Shown piece after piece: positions 61,366-64,000 of a stretch of 64,000 nucleotides of DNA. Source of the DNA: Cetorhinus maximus. Lineage: Eukaryota. How positions within the stretch are numbered: the stretch's first letter is position 1; every line of letters begins with the position of its first letter. The DNA lies in contig NC_135906.1 in assembly GCF_964194155.1 (NCBI RefSeq), positions 28,768,001 to 28,832,000 on the forward strand. Reading direction: 5' to 3'. Position numbers and translations under genes: made by a program. The notes beneath the pieces are model-generated. The model saw nothing but the letters and a program-made list of their open reading frames with translations. It searched no databases and was not told where the DNA came from.

Positions 61366-63025
61366 CTCCACATTGGACTTTTCCTTCCCTGTTTTTTTTA
61401 AAAAACCAACCCCCCCCTCGCCAAAAGAAAAATATTCTTTATTCATAAAATTTGCAAAAGCACATTCCAAAACATTTCCAATTGAGTATCACAGGAAGCG
61501 CAGCAGGATTGAACTTTTCTCCATACAGTCTCCATAGACTCTGAGGTACTCCAGATGAGGATCTTTTAAAAAGAGGGGAGGTTGGCATTTTGCTTTCCAT
61601 CAATTGAAGGACAGAGGTGCTAGGATTGGTTAAAGATTGTTATCAGTCTCTGCCGTGTTGTCAAGGGAAGAATTCCTCAAGTAAAGGCTGTTTTGTCGCC
61701 TGATTTGGTTCCATAACTATCACAGGAAAATATGCGTGTCGTATCCTAGCTATAAAAATCTACATTGGATTTTCACAAGTGGTCAAACTATTTTCTGTTG
61801 TGTGTGTGTGTGTGTGATATAAGATGATTTTTGTGGTTCACAGTGAATCGCATCACTATCTACATTGAGAGTGTTGTTGACCAATGCGGTGGGAGGGGAA
61901 GACCAGCTACTTTTCAGTTAACAGCAAAAACAAACTGCGGATGCTGCAAATCCAAAACAAAAACTGCTTCTCAGTTTCTGGACACCGGAGTCAACATTGA
62001 GGAAGTCAGTATCTCTCTCTGCCTTTCCCCCCTGGTGCTCTGCCCTTCCCCAGTCTCGGACCTGAGTCCAGCCTTCCTTTTTTAGCCACTGGAATGTATC
62101 AAGCTGAACAGGCATCCCAGACTCTTGATTATTTCCTATCCCTGAACCCAGAGTGAGCCCTGGCCTTTCTCAGTCTCCATCAGCAGCAGCGAGTCCACCC
62201 TGCTCTCGCTCGCCCAAGCGCCGACTTTTCCTCGACACTTTTATTTTCCAGTCGCCTTCTCCATCCCCACTGCCCCACAACCTGTGCTTTAGAATATTTG
62301 TGTTTAGTACCAGGAGAGACGCGCTTGGTTTTATTCACCACGTTGTGCACTGCGAGTGGGACAATCCTATTTACAGAACATCACTGGGACGCTGATGTCT
62401 CACAATGCGAGTGAGTGGGGAATGAATAAATGGTTCATTTCAACCGCCGCAGAGAGTGAGACCAGCAACCCCACAGTCAGGGAGGGGAACGGACTTGGAT
62501 TGCTTTTCCCAGTTGCTGCAAGTGTTGCGAAAAGCCACTTTCCAATCGTCAGGCACCTGCCCTCTGCCTCAAACTCTCTCAGCTCAAACCCTTATAATAA
62601 AACATGCAAATAACCGACATGCCTGGTACTTGGTCAAGCTGGTGTCAGTAAAAGTGACCAGGAAGCTGTTGGGTTGTTTTAAGAGACCAGCTCTAGGGGA
62701 GTGAGATCTGCTGCCCTCACGTCAGGTCCTGTCTGTCACTCCAGCCCCACCTCAGAGTTCTTAGGCTTTTAACTGCCCCCTGAAGTGACCCAGCAAACTA
62801 CTCAGGTGGACCAAAGCTGATACCCAGCAGTTCCAGAGGGCCCATCAGAACAATGAGGGATGGGCAATAAATGCCAGCCTCGCCAGGACGCCTGAGGATT
62901 TAAAAAAAAATTTGCGCTTACGCGATTTTTAAACATTTTTAGTGAAATTTAAATTTTTCTTAGCTAAAGCACAGAGACACTTGGGACAATGTAAACTGCT
63001 TGAATCACAACTGTAACCACAACAC

Positions 63026-63065
63026 TAGGGTGACCAGATTTTCAAAAGTCAAAACCGGGACACAG
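63026..63065 (+). mobile_element. hAT (Blackjack-like) terminal fragment
   Basis: TAGGGTGACCAGATTTT...AAAACCGGGACA resembles a hAT left end; no partner end seen. Confidence 0.4.
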
Positions 63066-64000
63066 TGAAAATTATTATTGTTAAAACAAACTATGGATTC
63101 CCTGAGGTAATCCTCCCTCACAGCACAGACTGTGAAAAAAGTGCTCATTGCCACAGTAACCTGGACTCTCTGAGCGATCTGTAACCCATCACCACTTTGT
63201 AAATCCAGCTCTCATTTTGATCCAGGTAAGTTGCAACCTCTCAGTAAAATCGACCCTTTGGTTCGTTATCTCGAAGACCCTTTGCGGGTTTTTTTGAGAT
63301 GGTGAAGGAGAGCAGACAGGTAGGATTGCTGCATTATTGAATAAGGCCCTCTCCCCATGGGTAAATGGTGCCTACGGAGGCAGTCAGACTAGAAAAGCCT
63401 TGGGCTGGAATCCTGTGCTGTGCTGAGTTAGCCACAAACTCAGCCTCAAGAAGAAACCAATTGAGTCGGGGCTCACGTTCCAGATAACTGTCCAGTTGCA
63501 CCTGATTGAAAATAGGTTTGTCAGCATCGGGCACAAAGAGGATGGGATTGTTTGCAATACTGTTTGTGGCTGGAGGGCCTGTGTTCACTGCCTGTGTGCA
63601 AACAAAAAACATAGACACTAAGGTGAAGTAACAGAATACTCAGCAGTTATGGATGTGTGTGTCCAGCTGAGTGTCTTCCGGAGGGGAGAGAATTATCTTC
63701 TATTATACATTCTGGGAAGGTAGGTGATGGATTCCATCTACTGCCCACTAAAATAAAAACAAAATACTGCCGATGCTGGAAATCTGAAATACAAACAGAA
63801 AATGCTGGAAAAGCTCAGATAGACAGGCTCCTTAGACAGCACCGTCCAAACCCACGGCCACTGCCATCTAGAAGGACAAGGGCAGCAGATAGATGGGAGC
63901 ACCACCACCTGCAAGTCCCCCTCCAAGTCACTCACCATCCTGACTTGGAAATATATCACCATTCCTTCACTGTCGCTGGGTCAAAATCCTGGAACTCCCT

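Noticed and set aside
61366-61470. ORF-track N-terminal extension of nanos (MECAFANF...)
   Set aside because: Begins at TTG and is low-complexity; the ATG at 61365 has a good Kozak context just before the NIM motif.
61470-64000. miR-181c/d hairpins expected upstream of NANOS3 from human synteny
   Set aside because: No AACATTCA...GTCGGTG mature sequence seen on either strand by eye; they may lie beyond the window.

Overview
Vertebrate genomic DNA; the repeat landscape (CR1 and Penelope retroelements, tRNA-derived SINEs) points to a cartilaginous fish, probably a shark (inference). Three genes can be reconstructed with GT-AG splice sites and consistent reading-frame phases. (1) The first seven coding exons of CC2D1A on the minus strand (ATG at 24498; the gene runs off the left edge). 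(2) A 9-coding-exon BRME1/C19orf57 orthologue on the plus strand (ATG 32343, TGA 54442, about 1152 aa), head-to-head with CC2D1A across a CpG island. (3) A single-coding-exon nanos gene, most likely nanos3, on the minus strand, tail-to-tail with BRME1. As I recall it, this is the human 19p13 NANOS3-BRME1-CC2D1A order. Introns are full of often nested retroelements and DNA-transposon remnants. Most unusual observations: a G-rich minisatellite made of about 24 copies of a 5' splice donor directly behind CC2D1A exon 1; a single-ORF LINE whose 5' end is a tRNA-like head and whose head plus tail make up a local SINE family; Penelope-borne minimal hammerhead ribozymes, including a variant-core family; and a 31-bp-period repeat in the bidirectional promoter. 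Comparisons with human proteins and repeat families are from memory, not database searches, and repeat boundaries are approximate.
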